A stretch of 64,000 bases of DNA from an uncultured Chlorobiota bacterium (GCA_900696645.1 CAADGV010000021.1:122893-186892), one strand, 5' to 3'; positions 1 through 9,945 are shown, counted from the first letter of the stretch. Numbers and translations are program-made. The notes: generated from the letters alone by a model not told the origin.

Positions 1-140
1 ACAAGGTAGCCCGTCGGGTAGTTCGGGAATGCCTGTATACCGGCCATGCACAGTTCCATTGCCTGCTGCACTTCGTTGTTTCGCAGAAGGAGTGCCGCTT
101 CGCGTGCGAATGAAGCAGAGATATTGGTCGGACCCGGCAT
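1..140 (-). CDS. N-terminus of a probable TPR protein (truncated by the window edge)
   Basis: Manual translation from ATG at 140 gives MPGPTNISASFAREAALLLRNNEVQQAMELCMAGIQAFPNYPTGYL, open to position 1. The pattern is TPR-like (A..LC..G...FP.Y) and starts 8 nt after the GT2 stop. Confidence 0.6.
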   Translation of the reverse strand, partial: MPGPTNISASFAREAALLLRNNEVQQAMELCMAGIQAFPNYPTGYL

Positions 141-148
141 ACGAGCGA

Positions 149-1612
149 TTACCTCAGGTGGCGGCCAACAACCGCGTGTTTGATGGAGAGTGTAGCCGTG
201 AATGAAAACCCGAGCAAGAACAACAACTGGAACGGAACCGCTGCAAGCTCCAGAAAATACAACGACGAAAGCACGCCGAACAAGCAGTACACCGCAAGCA
301 CAATCTCAATCAAAACCGTCGAGCTGATTTTCACCGGAACATACTTCTTGTCCGTCCAGGAATCCTTCTTGTCCTTGATGTTATACTTCGGTGTGCGAAC
401 AAATTCGCTTTTCTTCTTGAACAATCCTTCGATTACAGCGCGGCTGTTATTGACCGCAAAGCCCATGCTGCCCGCCATGAAGACGGGGAATAAGAACAGC
501 CTTCTCTGCCAATCCGGGTACACGTCCTTTTGTGAGAAGAGATAGAACAAAAACGACCCGATGAACGCAAACACAAACACCGACATAAACACAAAATACT
601 GATCATGGAAGCCGGCATGCTTGATATGCACGAGCGGAACGTTCAAAATTCCCGCCAGAACGATAAAGGGAAAAACAAGATTGTTTGTCAGATGAAATGT
701 CGCATGAACTTTTACCTTCAGCGGAAGTTTGGATCTCCACACTTCGGGGAGCATCTTCCGCGCGGTTTCAATCGCGCCTTTTGTCCAACGAAACTGCTGC
801 GACTTGAGAGCGTTGATTTCCGACGGCAGTTCCGCGGGCGAAGTAACGTCGTTCAGGTAAATGAACTTCCATCCCTTCAACTGGGCGCGATAGCTCAGGT
901 CGAGATCTTCCGTCAGCGTATCGGCCTGCCAGTTGCCTGCGTCTTCGATGGTGGATTTGCGCCACACACCTGCGGTGCCGTTGAAGTTGATGAAATAACC
1001 GACCTTATTGCGGACGGATTGTTCGATCACGAAATGACCGTCGAGAGCCATTGCCTGTGTTCGCGTGAGCAGCGAGTAGTCGAAGTTCAGATGTTCCCAG
1101 CGGGTCTGTACCATCCCGATATTCGGGTTGGTGTTGAAGTGAGGGATAGTCTTCAGAAGAAAATCCTGTTTCGGGACAAAATCCGCGTCGAAAATGGCGA
1201 TAAACTCGCCGCGTGCCGTTACCAATCCTTCCTTTAATGCCCCTGCTTTGAATCCCTCTCTGTTCGTGCGGCGCACATGTCTGACGTCGAAGCCAAGCTT
1301 TTGATACTTCTCGACATGCGCGGCAACGACGTCAACCGTTTCATCCGTCGAATCATCAAGCACTTGAATCTCCAGCTTGTCCTTCGGATAGATCATCGCG
1401 CAGGAGGCATCAATCAAGCGGCCGACAACGTAGCGTTCGTTGTACACGGGCAACTGCACGGTGACAACCGGAAATTCGTCCAGTGATTGTACGGCGGGAC
1501 GTTTCTTGTCCTTGTACTTCAGGTAGTAGTAGATCATAATGAAGCCGTGCAATCCGAAGATGAACAGGATTGACAGTGAAGTGATGTAGGCAATCAGTAC
1601 AAATTCAGCCAT
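149..1612 (-). CDS. Processive GT2 glycosyltransferase, cellulose-synthase-like (CslA/CslC-like)
   Basis: Motifs LDDS, KAG, DADF, TED and QQFRW (D,D,D,QxxRW); N-terminal TM helix and several C-terminal TM helices. Confidence 0.9.
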   Translation of the reverse strand: MAEFVLIAYITSLSILFIFGLHGFIMIYYYLKYKDKKRPAVQSLDEFPVVTVQLPVYNERYVVGRLIDASCAMIYPKDKLEIQVLDDSTDETVDVVAAHVEKYQKLGFDVRHVRRTNREGFKAGALKEGLVTARGEFIAIFDADFVPKQDFLLKTIPHFNTNPNIGMVQTRWEHLNFDYSLLTRTQAMALDGHFVIEQSVRNKVGYFINFNGTAGVWRKSTIEDAGNWQADTLTEDLDLSYRAQLKGWKFIYLNDVTSPAELPSEINALKSQQFRWTKGAIETARKMLPEVWRSKLPLKVKVHATFHLTNNLVFPFIVLAGILNVPLVHIKHAGFHDQYFVFMSVFVFAFIGSFLFYLFSQKDVYPDWQRRLFLFPVFMAGSMGFAVNNSRAVIEGLFKKKSEFVRTPKYNIKDKKDSWTDKKYVPVKISSTVLIEIVLAVYCLFGVLSSLYFLELAAVPFQLLFLLGFSFTATLSIKHAVVGRHLR

Positions 1613-1654
1613 AATGACTTCTTTTTACACCTCTGATGTTGATACAATGATGGT

Positions 1655-2173
1655 TTACCAGCCGGATACTGTTTCGAGCAGAATATCTTCCGAGATCTTC
1701 TTCATTGCTTCTTCCAGTCCAAGCTGACGCTGGGCGAAGCCGCCCCCCGAATCGTAATCGCCGTAATTCGAGAATGTCTTCTCGTACACCTTCTTCCGCA
1801 TCTTCATATCCTGGAAAATCACTTTCACCGACATGTTGATGCGCCGTTTGTTCACCTGCTCGCTTCCCTGGGCTCCGGCGCCAACCGAAAGAATCTCATC
1901 ACGAATGGGAAGAATCACGGTTTCAAGAATCGAATCCGAAGCGCTGCGATCTGCCACCTCAAGACTGTTGTCGCTGATGAACAAATCCGTGAGCGTTGTT
2001 GTAAACTTTTCGCGCAAGCCTGCCTCGCCGAATCCCGATTGATCGTCCGCTAACGGAATGGCAATCGTCTTCAAATGGCTCGGCACGGATGCGCCGGTGA
2101 ATGAATAGCAACCTGCAAACGCAAGTAACGCGATGAAGCACAAGAAGGCGGTATTGGCGGTTCGCATTCTCAT
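1655..2173 (-). CDS. lptE: LptE-family LPS assembly lipoprotein
   Basis: Lipobox FAGC followed by YSFTGAS, typical of FCB LptE; lies downstream of the bEBP gene. Confidence 0.75.
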   Translation of the reverse strand: MRMRTANTAFLCFIALLAFAGCYSFTGASVPSHLKTIAIPLADDQSGFGEAGLREKFTTTLTDLFISDNSLEVADRSASDSILETVILPIRDEILSVGAGAQGSEQVNKRRINMSVKVIFQDMKMRKKVYEKTFSNYGDYDSGGGFAQRQLGLEEAMKKISEDILLETVSGW

Positions 2174-3318
2174 TCGAGATTGTATTCCTTGATTTTTCGG
2201 TACAACGTCCGCTCGCTGATGTTCAATGCCCGTGCCGCTGCACGCCGGTTGCCTCTCGAGCGATGCAGTGCTTCCACAATCATCCGGTGTTCCATTTCAG
2301 CAAGAGAAAGCGTCGAATCGGACTGTATTGCCATCGGATCGGTGACCTGCTGCGCGACGGTTGCCATTGCCGTTGAATGTTCCTGCAACGCATTCTTGAG
2401 TTCCAGAACATCTGCCTTGATTTCCAGCAACGCCCGAAGGATCAACTCCCGCTCCGCTTGTTCGACGCTCTTCCCCGTGATGGCGGGGAGGTTCCTCGAC
2501 TCGCTTTTCGGTGAGTGATACTCCTTCAGATATTTGCGGATGTCGTCGGCGTGCAGAAATTTTCCCCCCTCCAGCACAAGCATGCTTTCGGTAACGTTGC
2601 GCAGTTCACGCACGTTGCCCGGCCAATGATACTGCATCAACTCCTGCATTGCTTCGTCGGAAATACCGCCGAACTTCACGTTGTTCTTGGCGGAAAGTTC
2701 TTCGACGAACACCTTGAACAGCACGGGGACATCTTCCCTCCGGTCGCGCAACGGCGGAATGATGATGTTCACCGAACGAAGCCGATAGTACAAATCCGAG
2801 CGGAAATTGTTATTGCGGACTTCTCCCTCAAGATTCTTGTTCGTTGCGGCAATCACCCGTACGTTGACCCGGCGCGAAATTGATGAGCCTACGCGCAGAA
2901 ATTCTCCGTTTTCAAGAATACGCAGGAACTTCACCTGCGCCGACAGCGGCATCTCGCCAATCTCATCCAGAAAAATCGTTCCGTTGTCGGCAAGTTCGAA
3001 GTAGCCCTTCCGCTCGCCTGCGGCGCCGGTAAACGAGCCGCGCTCGTGTCCGAACAACTCGCTTTCGATTATACCTTCGGGAATCGCGCCGCTGTTTACG
3101 GTCACAAGCGGTTTTTTGCTTCTTGTACTGGCGGCATGAATCGCTTTCGCAATCACTTCCTTGCCGACGCCGCTTTCTCCCGTTATCAGCACAGTGATGT
3201 CTGTCGGGGCAACTTGCTGCACAACTTCAACAATCTTCTTCATGGCAACGGATTCGCCGAGAATGCCGTGTTCTTCCTGAAAACTGGAGGGTGACATGTG
3301 AAGTGCAGAACTTTCCAT
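2170..3318 (-). CDS. Sigma-54-interacting AAA+ transcriptional regulator with Fis HTH, no N-terminal sensor domain
   Basis: Walker A GESGVGKE, ESELFGHERGSFTGA, FLDEIGEM, WPGNVREL, C-terminal AARALNISERTLYRKI. Confidence 0.93.
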   Translation of the reverse strand: MESSALHMSPSSFQEEHGILGESVAMKKIVEVVQQVAPTDITVLITGESGVGKEVIAKAIHAASTRSKKPLVTVNSGAIPEGIIESELFGHERGSFTGAAGERKGYFELADNGTIFLDEIGEMPLSAQVKFLRILENGEFLRVGSSISRRVNVRVIAATNKNLEGEVRNNNFRSDLYYRLRSVNIIIPPLRDRREDVPVLFKVFVEELSAKNNVKFGGISDEAMQELMQYHWPGNVRELRNVTESMLVLEGGKFLHADDIRKYLKEYHSPKSESRNLPAITGKSVEQAERELILRALLEIKADVLELKNALQEHSTAMATVAQQVTDPMAIQSDSTLSLAEMEHRMIVEALHRSRGNRRAAARALNISERTLYRKIKEYNLE

Positions 3319-4097
3319 TACCGGATAACAACGATGTAGTTCATGTTGAATTCGCGACGGATTGCGTCACCCGTTGCCCGGGCTTCGCCATCCGTGCTGT
3401 ACGAGCCGACATACACAACGAACAACTCCCGCGAGCCGCTCATTTTTCTCTCAACTTCCGCCGGATAATTATGATATGTGAAGAATGATTTCTGCTTGTC
3501 TGCGTTCTCAAACGTCGAGAAGGCGCCAACTTGCAACGTGAATCTGCCTTGCGAGGCAGGTGGTTGCGTTACAGGCGGTTTCGACTCCTCCATTCTCGGG
3601 CTCGACTCCGGTTGTGATAACTCGATGCTCGGAGTTGTCGGCGGCTCGGTGAATGTCTCTGAAGTCTGCGTAGTTTCTGTTTTCTGTTCGGAAACTGCCG
3701 GCGCGGCAGGGGGCAAACCCGCAACGTATTTCGAGTCGGGGTAATCCCGTTTCAACTGTTCGAGTTTCAGATCCGCCGTTCGGAACAATCCGATAGCGTA
3801 GTAGAACTTGTAGACTCTGTGCAGCGCGTCGTCGGCCCATTCGCTTGCAGGATGGTTGTCAACGATATTCTGATACAGACGAACCGCCTCCGCTCCGTCC
3901 GTTGTCAACAACGCTTGCAGGTACAGCACGCCGGGGTTTTTCGAATGCTGATTCAAAAGAGAAGGAAGCTCGTTGCGCACAAGGTCGCTCTGCCCGTTCT
4001 CAATCAGCGCAATGTATGTTTCGATGTTCGGCGGTTGTGCGAACGATGTTACGTACAGCAAGGTCATCAACGCCAGTTTCAGAACAGATCGCTTCAT
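3318..4097 (-). CDS. Exported TPR + SPOR-domain protein
   Basis: Signal peptide, TPR-like helices (HPASEWADDAL, YPDSKY), Pro/Thr linker, C-terminal SPOR domain (FTLQVGAFS..NA; VYVGSY). Confidence 0.8.
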   Translation of the reverse strand: MKRSVLKLALMTLLYVTSFAQPPNIETYIALIENGQSDLVRNELPSLLNQHSKNPGVLYLQALLTTDGAEAVRLYQNIVDNHPASEWADDALHRVYKFYYAIGLFRTADLKLEQLKRDYPDSKYVAGLPPAAPAVSEQKTETTQTSETFTEPPTTPSIELSQPESSPRMEESKPPVTQPPASQGRFTLQVGAFSTFENADKQKSFFTYHNYPAEVERKMSGSRELFVVYVGSYSTDGEARATGDAIRREFNMNYIVVIR

Positions 4098-5443
4098 TGC
4101 GTCACCGCCTCCGTCTTGAATCCCGCCTTACAATCCGAATGCGCGCCCGGCCGTCTACCAAATAACGTCGCCGGATTGCAGCGTTCGATCACAATATCAA
4201 TATACTCGCCCGACGCTTCGCCGTTCTTCGAGAAAATGACTGTTCGGTTTGTATCCGTTCGTCCTGTCCACTCTTCATCGGATTTTTTGCTCGGGCCTTC
4301 GACGAGTACCTGCTCGACTTTCCCGATCAGTCTCTGATTTAGTTCGTGGGAGATTTTCTGTTGCAGTTGCGAGATTTCGAATACCCGCTGTCCCTTCACC
4401 TCTTCAGGAACATCATCCACCATTTCCCATGCCTTTGTATTTTCCCGCGGAGAGTATTTGAACGTATATGCGCCGTCGTACCGGACTTCCCGCATCAAGT
4501 CGACCGTCATCCGGTGTTCTTCTTCTGTTTCGGTCGGGAATCCGCTGATGATGTCGGTCGTGAGGCTCGCGTCGGGCATCGCTGTTCTGATCTTCTTAAC
4601 AAGCCCGAGATAATGTTCGATGGTATAGGTGCGGTTCATCAGTTCAAGAATTCTGTTCGAGCCCGACTGTACCGGCAGGTGAATGTACTTGCAGATATTG
4701 CTGTTCGCCGCAATCGTCTCAATCAGCCTGTCGCTCATATCCTGCGGGTGTGAGGTAGTGAAGCGAATCCGCATTGTGCGGTCGACTTCGGCAACACTGC
4801 GCATCAGGTCGGCAAAATCGTATTCGCCGTCCCTGTACGAATTGACGTTCTGTCCCAGCAACGTCACCTCTTTGAAGCCACGCTCTGCAAGGGTTCGAAC
4901 TTCTTCTACAACGCTTGCCAGCGACCGGCTGCGCTCGCGGCCGCGGGTAAACGGCACCACGCAGAACGAGCAGAACTTGTCGCATCCGCGCATCACGGAA
5001 AGCCACGCGCTGATGCCTTCCGTGCGGAGGGGGACGATATCTTCGTAGTTCTCGACCCGTGAAAGCCGGGTGGCGATTCCCTTTTCGCCCACAAAAGCGT
5101 TCTCAATAAGTTCGGGGAGTTTCCGGTACTCGTCCGGGCCAACGACGAGGTCGACCAGCTTTTCTTCTTCCACCAACTTGAAGCGGAGCCGCTCGGCCAT
5201 GCAGCCGAGAATGCCGATAAGCGTGCCCGGACGTTGCTTTTTGTACGTGCCGAACAGCCCGATCCGGCCGTAAATGCGCTGTTCGGCATGGTCGCGGATG
5301 GCGCAGGTATTCACCAGAATCACGTCCGCATCGGACATATCGTTGGTGAAGCCGTAGCCCCGCCGCGCGAGAATGCCGCCAACAACCTCGCTGTCTGCCA
5401 CGTTCATCTGGCAGCCATACGTTTCAATATAGACGCGCTTCAT
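4094..5443 (-). CDS. miaB: tRNA-i6A37 methylthiotransferase MiaB
   Basis: ETYGCQMN, radical-SAM motif CDKFCSFC and C-terminal TRAM domain. Start moved to ATG 5443 (MKRVYIE) because the upstream extension overlaps the promoter. Confidence 0.96.
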   Translation of the reverse strand: MKRVYIETYGCQMNVADSEVVGGILARRGYGFTNDMSDADVILVNTCAIRDHAEQRIYGRIGLFGTYKKQRPGTLIGILGCMAERLRFKLVEEEKLVDLVVGPDEYRKLPELIENAFVGEKGIATRLSRVENYEDIVPLRTEGISAWLSVMRGCDKFCSFCVVPFTRGRERSRSLASVVEEVRTLAERGFKEVTLLGQNVNSYRDGEYDFADLMRSVAEVDRTMRIRFTTSHPQDMSDRLIETIAANSNICKYIHLPVQSGSNRILELMNRTYTIEHYLGLVKKIRTAMPDASLTTDIISGFPTETEEEHRMTVDLMREVRYDGAYTFKYSPRENTKAWEMVDDVPEEVKGQRVFEISQLQQKISHELNQRLIGKVEQVLVEGPSKKSDEEWTGRTDTNRTVIFSKNGEASGEYIDIVIERCNPATLFGRRPGAHSDCKAGFKTEAVTQ

Positions 5444-5480
5444 TGAGTATGACAAAACTGAATGGGCTTGGGGGTGAAAA

Positions 5481-5509
5481 AATCTATCCAAAGCATGACA
5501 GATATACAA
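5481..5509 (-). promoter_or_regulatory. Sigma70-type promoter for the miaB operon
   Basis: TTGTAT-N17-TAGATT on the minus strand. Confidence 0.5.
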
Positions 5510-5690
5510 TCAGGGCGGGTTAAATGAGAGTTAAATGATTTTAATTGCTAAGGATTTTGTGCCAAGTGGAACGGGAAATGCCAATTCGTCACGACGAGAG
5601 TTGGAAGGGATGTATGACAAAAAGTGAGAGAAAGGGATTTAGTTTCACACGAAATACAATTACATTGGCTTCACAAAATCCCCCATAGCC

Positions 5691-6782
5691 ATGCAAATGT
5701 TTTTCGTAGCCGGCATTGGTATTGCCGTCTTTATTGAAATTTTGCTGATCAGTAAGAAGAACAAATCCGGATCGGACAAGATTCTTACCGTCTGGATGTT
5801 CCTGATTCTCGTCCATTTGTTTCTGTTCTATCTCTTCTTCACGAGGGACATTTTCACATTCCCCTTGCTGCTGGGTATTGAACAACCCCTCCCGTTGCTT
5901 CACGGCGTATTCCTCTACCTCTACGTTGCCTCCTTGACGAAACAGTTGCCCGAAAAGAGGCTGCTGGCGCTATTGCATTTCCTGCCTGCAGCCCTAATGT
6001 GCGCCTATCTCGCGACGTTCTTTGTTCTTTCTTCCGAACAGAAAATCGCGATTTACAAGAATCGCGGTGCGGGATATGAGACGTTCAATATGCTGAAATC
6101 CTACGCCTATTCGCTGTCGGGATTGTTCTATGTCATCTGGTCTACGATACTCCTTAAGAGACATCAACGGAACATCCGTGACCAATTCTCGACGCTCGAA
6201 AAAGTCAACCTGCAGTGGCTTCAAATTCTGACGTTCGGGCTGGGAGGAATCTGGTTTCTGGTGATATTCTTCGGAACCGACGCCCTCATCTTCTCGGGTG
6301 TCGTCGTTTTCATATTTCTGATAGGCTTTTTCGGTATTCGTCAGGCGGATATCTTTGCTCGAGGTTCCGCTGCCACTGAGGACAACGAGCCGAGGGAAAA
6401 GTACCAGAAATCAGGATTGACGGAAGATGCTTCCGAAGAACTGCACACGGAGTTGAAGCGGCTGATGACGGACGAGGCGCTGTACAAAAACAGTGACTTG
6501 TCTATCAGTGATCTCGCAACCAAACTCGGCGTTCACCCCAACTATCTTTCTCAAGTCATCAATCAGAGAGAGAAGAAGAACTTCTACGACTTTGTAACTG
6601 CTTACCGGATCGAAGAATTTAAGCGGCTGATCGGGCTGCAGAAAAACCGTCAGTTCACACTCCTTTCATTGGCCCACGAATGCGGATTTAGTTCAAAAAC
6701 TGCATTCAATCGAAGCTTCAAAAAGGCTACAGGACTAACTCCCTCCGAATACGCCACTAAGCAGAACTCATCGCCCGCCTGA
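5691..6782 (+). CDS. Membrane-embedded AraC-family regulator
   Basis: Multiple N-terminal TM helices; C-terminal AraC HTH (LSQVINQ..NFYDFV; LAHECGFSSKTAFNRSFKKATGLTPSEY). Confidence 0.9.
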   Translation: MQMFFVAGIGIAVFIEILLISKKNKSGSDKILTVWMFLILVHLFLFYLFFTRDIFTFPLLLGIEQPLPLLHGVFLYLYVASLTKQLPEKRLLALLHFLPAALMCAYLATFFVLSSEQKIAIYKNRGAGYETFNMLKSYAYSLSGLFYVIWSTILLKRHQRNIRDQFSTLEKVNLQWLQILTFGLGGIWFLVIFFGTDALIFSGVVVFIFLIGFFGIRQADIFARGSAATEDNEPREKYQKSGLTEDASEELHTELKRLMTDEALYKNSDLSISDLATKLGVHPNYLSQVINQREKKNFYDFVTAYRIEEFKRLIGLQKNRQFTLLSLAHECGFSSKTAFNRSFKKATGLTPSEYATKQNSSPA

Positions 6783-6866
6783 GATTAGCCCACAAGTCTC
6801 AACACAGGCAACCCTTTCTGCCATCTTGACTTAGCGCGTAGTTTCCAGACGAAAACGACATTCATA

Positions 6867-6920
6867 GTGCCGGCTTGCAAGGTGGCACCCGAAAATGCGT
6901 TCCGCCTTCCAAGGTGAACC
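6867..6920. promoter_or_regulatory. Tandem 22-bp imperfect repeats, candidate AraC operator
   Basis: GTGCCGGCTTGCAAGGTGGCAC (6867) and GTTCCGCCTTCCAAGGTGAACC (6899): 16/22 identical, 32-bp period, upstream of TATCTTTG at 6942. Confidence 0.5.
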
Positions 6921-6999
6921 GATTCCCCTGTATACCGACCGTATCTTTGCACCAGATGTACCTGATCAACATTTCATTAATCATAAATCTGGTGTACTT

Positions 7000-7980
7000 A
7001 TGAAAACACTATTCTTCACCCTTCTCGCGGCAGTACTTGCCGCGGCCACGCTTACCTCCTGCGAGACCGTCGAATGGAGCGAACCCGGAGCGCTGGTTCC
7101 CCTCACGGTTGACCAGGATCCCTCGCTGCCGTCCATTTCGGTGAACGGCACGCAGCTTCATGCCGAAACGTACGGCAATCCGAACGACCCGATGATTGTC
7201 GTGCTGCACGGCGGCCCCGGATCAGATTACCGGAGTCTGCTCAATTGCAGCAAGTTCGCGGCGGACGGCTACTTCGTCGTCTTCTACGATCAACGCGGCT
7301 CGGGATTATCCAAGCGGCACGGTAAGGAAGTCTACACGAAGCAGATATTCATAGACGATCTGAATGCCGTCATCAACTACTATCGGAAACCGGGGCAGAA
7401 GGTGATTCTCATGGGTCTTTCCTGGGGAGCCATGCTGGCAACGGCCTACGTGAATGAGCATCCGGCGGAGATCAGCGGTGTTGTTGTGATGGAGCCGGGA
7501 GGATTCATCTGGCGTGATGCCGAAGCATATATCAAGCGCTGCAGATCGCTTGAACTGTTCGGCGAGACGAGCAACGATTATCTCTTCATCGACCAGATCG
7601 TAACCGGACATGATCACAATGTGCTCGATTACAAGGCGGCCGTGCAAGCTGCTGCCGATTTCGCAAAAGGAAACAAAGTGGGAAATCAGGGCCCGTCGCC
7701 GTTCTGGCGGATCGGTGCGGTGTGCGCATCGGCGTCGTTCGAGTATGTTCGTGCGCATCCGTTCGACTACACGGCGAATCTGCAGCAGTACACGACGCGG
7801 GTTCTGTTCGTGTACAGCGAGCTGAACACGGCATACGGCAAAGCACACGCCGAACACGTCTCCTCGGCATACCCGAATGTGCAGCTTGTTGAAGTGAAGG
7901 GAACGGGACATGAGATTCCGTACTTCGGCTGGGCGGGATTCTATCCTGTTGCCAAAATGTATCTCGATACAATCAGATAA
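7000..7980 (+). CDS. Alpha/beta hydrolase lipoprotein (proline-iminopeptidase-like)
   Basis: Start at ATG 7000 (MKTLFF); lipobox LTSC; HGGPG, YDQRGSG, nucleophile motif GLSWG, catalytic His in GTGHE. Confidence 0.85.
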   Translation: MKTLFFTLLAAVLAAATLTSCETVEWSEPGALVPLTVDQDPSLPSISVNGTQLHAETYGNPNDPMIVVLHGGPGSDYRSLLNCSKFAADGYFVVFYDQRGSGLSKRHGKEVYTKQIFIDDLNAVINYYRKPGQKVILMGLSWGAMLATAYVNEHPAEISGVVVMEPGGFIWRDAEAYIKRCRSLELFGETSNDYLFIDQIVTGHDHNVLDYKAAVQAAADFAKGNKVGNQGPSPFWRIGAVCASASFEYVRAHPFDYTANLQQYTTRVLFVYSELNTAYGKAHAEHVSSAYPNVQLVEVKGTGHEIPYFGWAGFYPVAKMYLDTIR

Positions 7981-8002
7981 TTATTCCAACGGAGAAAACA
8001 TC

Positions 8003-8668
8003 ATGAAAAAGCTATTTGCAGCAACAATCATCCTGCTTGCGGTTGCTGAAGCAGGTTTGTCACAGAATATCAACTGGAGATCGTTAGGCGAGGATCAACG
8101 CAACATCATCCACTTGAATTTTGGATATGACTACGGAGTGACGGCCGAAGCGGGCTACGGCCGGATGTTCACGTTCATCAGGCCGGTTGTCGTGGGAGTG
8201 GATTTTTCTGTTCCGATGGGAGAGAATCTCGTTGACGACTTCAAAGCTAAAATCGGGGCACAGATTGAAGTTGTTGAGATGGGGGGATTTTCGGCCACGC
8301 TGCGTATCTTCTCGATTTTCAGACGATACGAGAATGAGTTGGTGAGAATCGTCAGCTTCGGCTCCGAATTGGGACTTGTGGCGGGATATTACAGTCCGAC
8401 GTGGCACGCCGCCGGCGAATTCGGATTCGACAAATCCATCGTGTCGCATCTGAAACATTCCGACGTCATGCGAAGCTCTTATCCGCGGATACGGAACGGC
8501 TGGTACATTCCGTCGGGGGGGCATTTCTATTACGGCATCCAGGCAGGCAAGACGCTTGGGGAAAGCCTTGACCTTTCGTTCCGGGTAGGCGCAACCGAGG
8601 CACAACATATCGACGAACAGGCCGCTGTACCGTACTATCTTCAATTGGGGTTGGGGATAAGATTCTGA
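8003..8668 (+). CDS. Exported protein, probable small outer-membrane beta-barrel
   Basis: GGAG SD, signal peptide MKKLFAATII.., alternating beta-strand pattern, C-terminal LGIRF. Confidence 0.65.
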   Translation: MKKLFAATIILLAVAEAGLSQNINWRSLGEDQRNIIHLNFGYDYGVTAEAGYGRMFTFIRPVVVGVDFSVPMGENLVDDFKAKIGAQIEVVEMGGFSATLRIFSIFRRYENELVRIVSFGSELGLVAGYYSPTWHAAGEFGFDKSIVSHLKHSDVMRSSYPRIRNGWYIPSGGHFYYGIQAGKTLGESLDLSFRVGATEAQHIDEQAAVPYYLQLGLGIRF

Positions 8669-8681
8669 CCGTGACGATCAG

Positions 8682-8777
8682 ATGAGAAAGTTGATAGAAA
8701 ACTCCTTCTGGATAGCACTCGTGGTCATCAGCGTGTCGCTTTGGCTTGCGGCGGTATGGCTGATGTTCCACGACTGA
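8682..8777 (+). CDS. Putative 31-aa single-TM small protein
   Basis: MRKLIENSFWIALVVISVSLWLAAVWLMFHD*, starting 13 nt after the upstream stop; below the ORF-track length cutoff. Confidence 0.4.
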   Translation: MRKLIENSFWIALVVISVSLWLAAVWLMFHD

Positions 8778-8799
8778 TGGGAAAACTTTAAGAATCCAA

Positions 8800-8847
8800 G
8801 TAGGGACGTTCAATTGTCCGAAGGACTCCTTTGGAGAACGTCCCTCC
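8800..8847. repeat. GTAG-type REP-like palindrome with a nested hairpin
   Basis: GTAGGGACGTTC(8800)...GAACGTCCCT(8845), enclosing TCCGAAGG-ACT-CCTTTGGA. Confidence 0.55.
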
Positions 8848-8958
8848 GGCTGGAAGAGCCTGCAATGACCTACCCCGAAAAAGCTACTCTCTCCAAACTT
8901 TCTTATCTTTAGTACAGCAGTTTTTCATCTCCAATTCATAGCTGAAAGAAATACGTCC

Positions 8959-9945
8959 ATGATGCCCTCAGAATTGATGAACAGCATACATCTCAAAGCG
9001 AAATCCCTCAAGAAATCCATCGTGCTGCCCGACGCAACGGATGAACGCGCCATTCAGGCGGCGCGGATTCTTCTCGATAAGGGACTCGTTGCCCCCATTC
9101 TCATCGGCGATGCGGGCGCTATTGAAGAGCAGGCGAAGAAAACAAGCGTGCAACTTGGTGGCATTCGCGTCATCGATCCGAAAAAATCCGAAAAGCTGAG
9201 CGACTTCTCACACATCTTCTTCAATCTCCGAAAGGAAAAAGGAATCACGTTTGAAGAAGCGCAGAAAGCGATGACGAACCCGCTTTACTTCGGTGCCATG
9301 ATGGTACGCGAGGGCATGGCCGATGGCAGCGTTGCCGGTTCGCTTTCCACCACAGGCGACGTCCTGCGTGCCGCCATTCAGGTGATCGGGCTGGCCGATG
9401 GAATTACGATTGTCTCCAGCTTTTTCCTGATGGTATTTCCGCATCAGGTGTTCTCGTTTGCCGATTGCGCCGTTGTGCCCGACCCGACGCCCGAGCAACT
9501 TGCCGACATCGCCGCCTCGACTGCCGATAATCACAAAAAGCTCACGGGCGAAGAACCGCGTGTTGCGATGCTTTCGTTCTCCACAAAAGGAAGCGCGAGC
9601 CATCCGCTTGTGGAGAAAGTGCAGCAGGCAACGGAGATTCTCAAAAAGAAGCGTGCCGATTTGCTGGTCGATGGCGAGTTGCAGCTCGATACGGCAATTG
9701 TTCCGAAGGTTGCACAAAGCAAAGCGCCCGGCTCGCCTATCGGCGGTCGTGCAAATGTGTTGGTCTTTCCTGACCTGAATGCCGGTAACATCGGCTACAA
9801 ACTCGGCCAGCGGTTAGGCGGCGCGGAGGCAATCGGCCCGGTGGTGCAGGGATTGCGCAAGCCGGCCTTCGACCTTTCCCGCGGGTGCAGCGTTGACGAC
9901 ATCGTGAATGTTGCGGCGATCAATGCCGTGGTCGGAACTGTGTGA
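8959..9945 (+). CDS. pta: Phosphate acetyltransferase
   Basis: [51 protein letters not shown]. Confidence 0.93.
   Translation: MMPSELMNSIHLKAKSLKKSIVLPDATDERAIQAARILLDKGLVAPILIGDAGAIEEQAKKTSVQLGGIRVIDPKKSEKLSDFSHIFFNLRKEKGITFEEAQKAMTNPLYFGAMMVREGMADGSVAGSLSTTGDVLRAAIQVIGLADGITIVSSFFLMVFPHQVFSFADCAVVPDPTPEQLADIAASTADNHKKLTGEEPRVAMLSFSTKGSASHPLVEKVQQATEILKKKRADLLVDGELQLDTAIVPKVAQSKAPGSPIGGRANVLVFPDLNAGNIGYKLGQRLGGAEAIGPVVQGLRKPAFDLSRGCSVDDIVNVAAINAVVGTV

Noticed and set aside
5567-5581. Sigma54-like TGGAAC-N5-ATGC upstream of the AraC gene
   Set aside because: It has two mismatches to TGGCAC-N5-TTGC and no supporting evidence.
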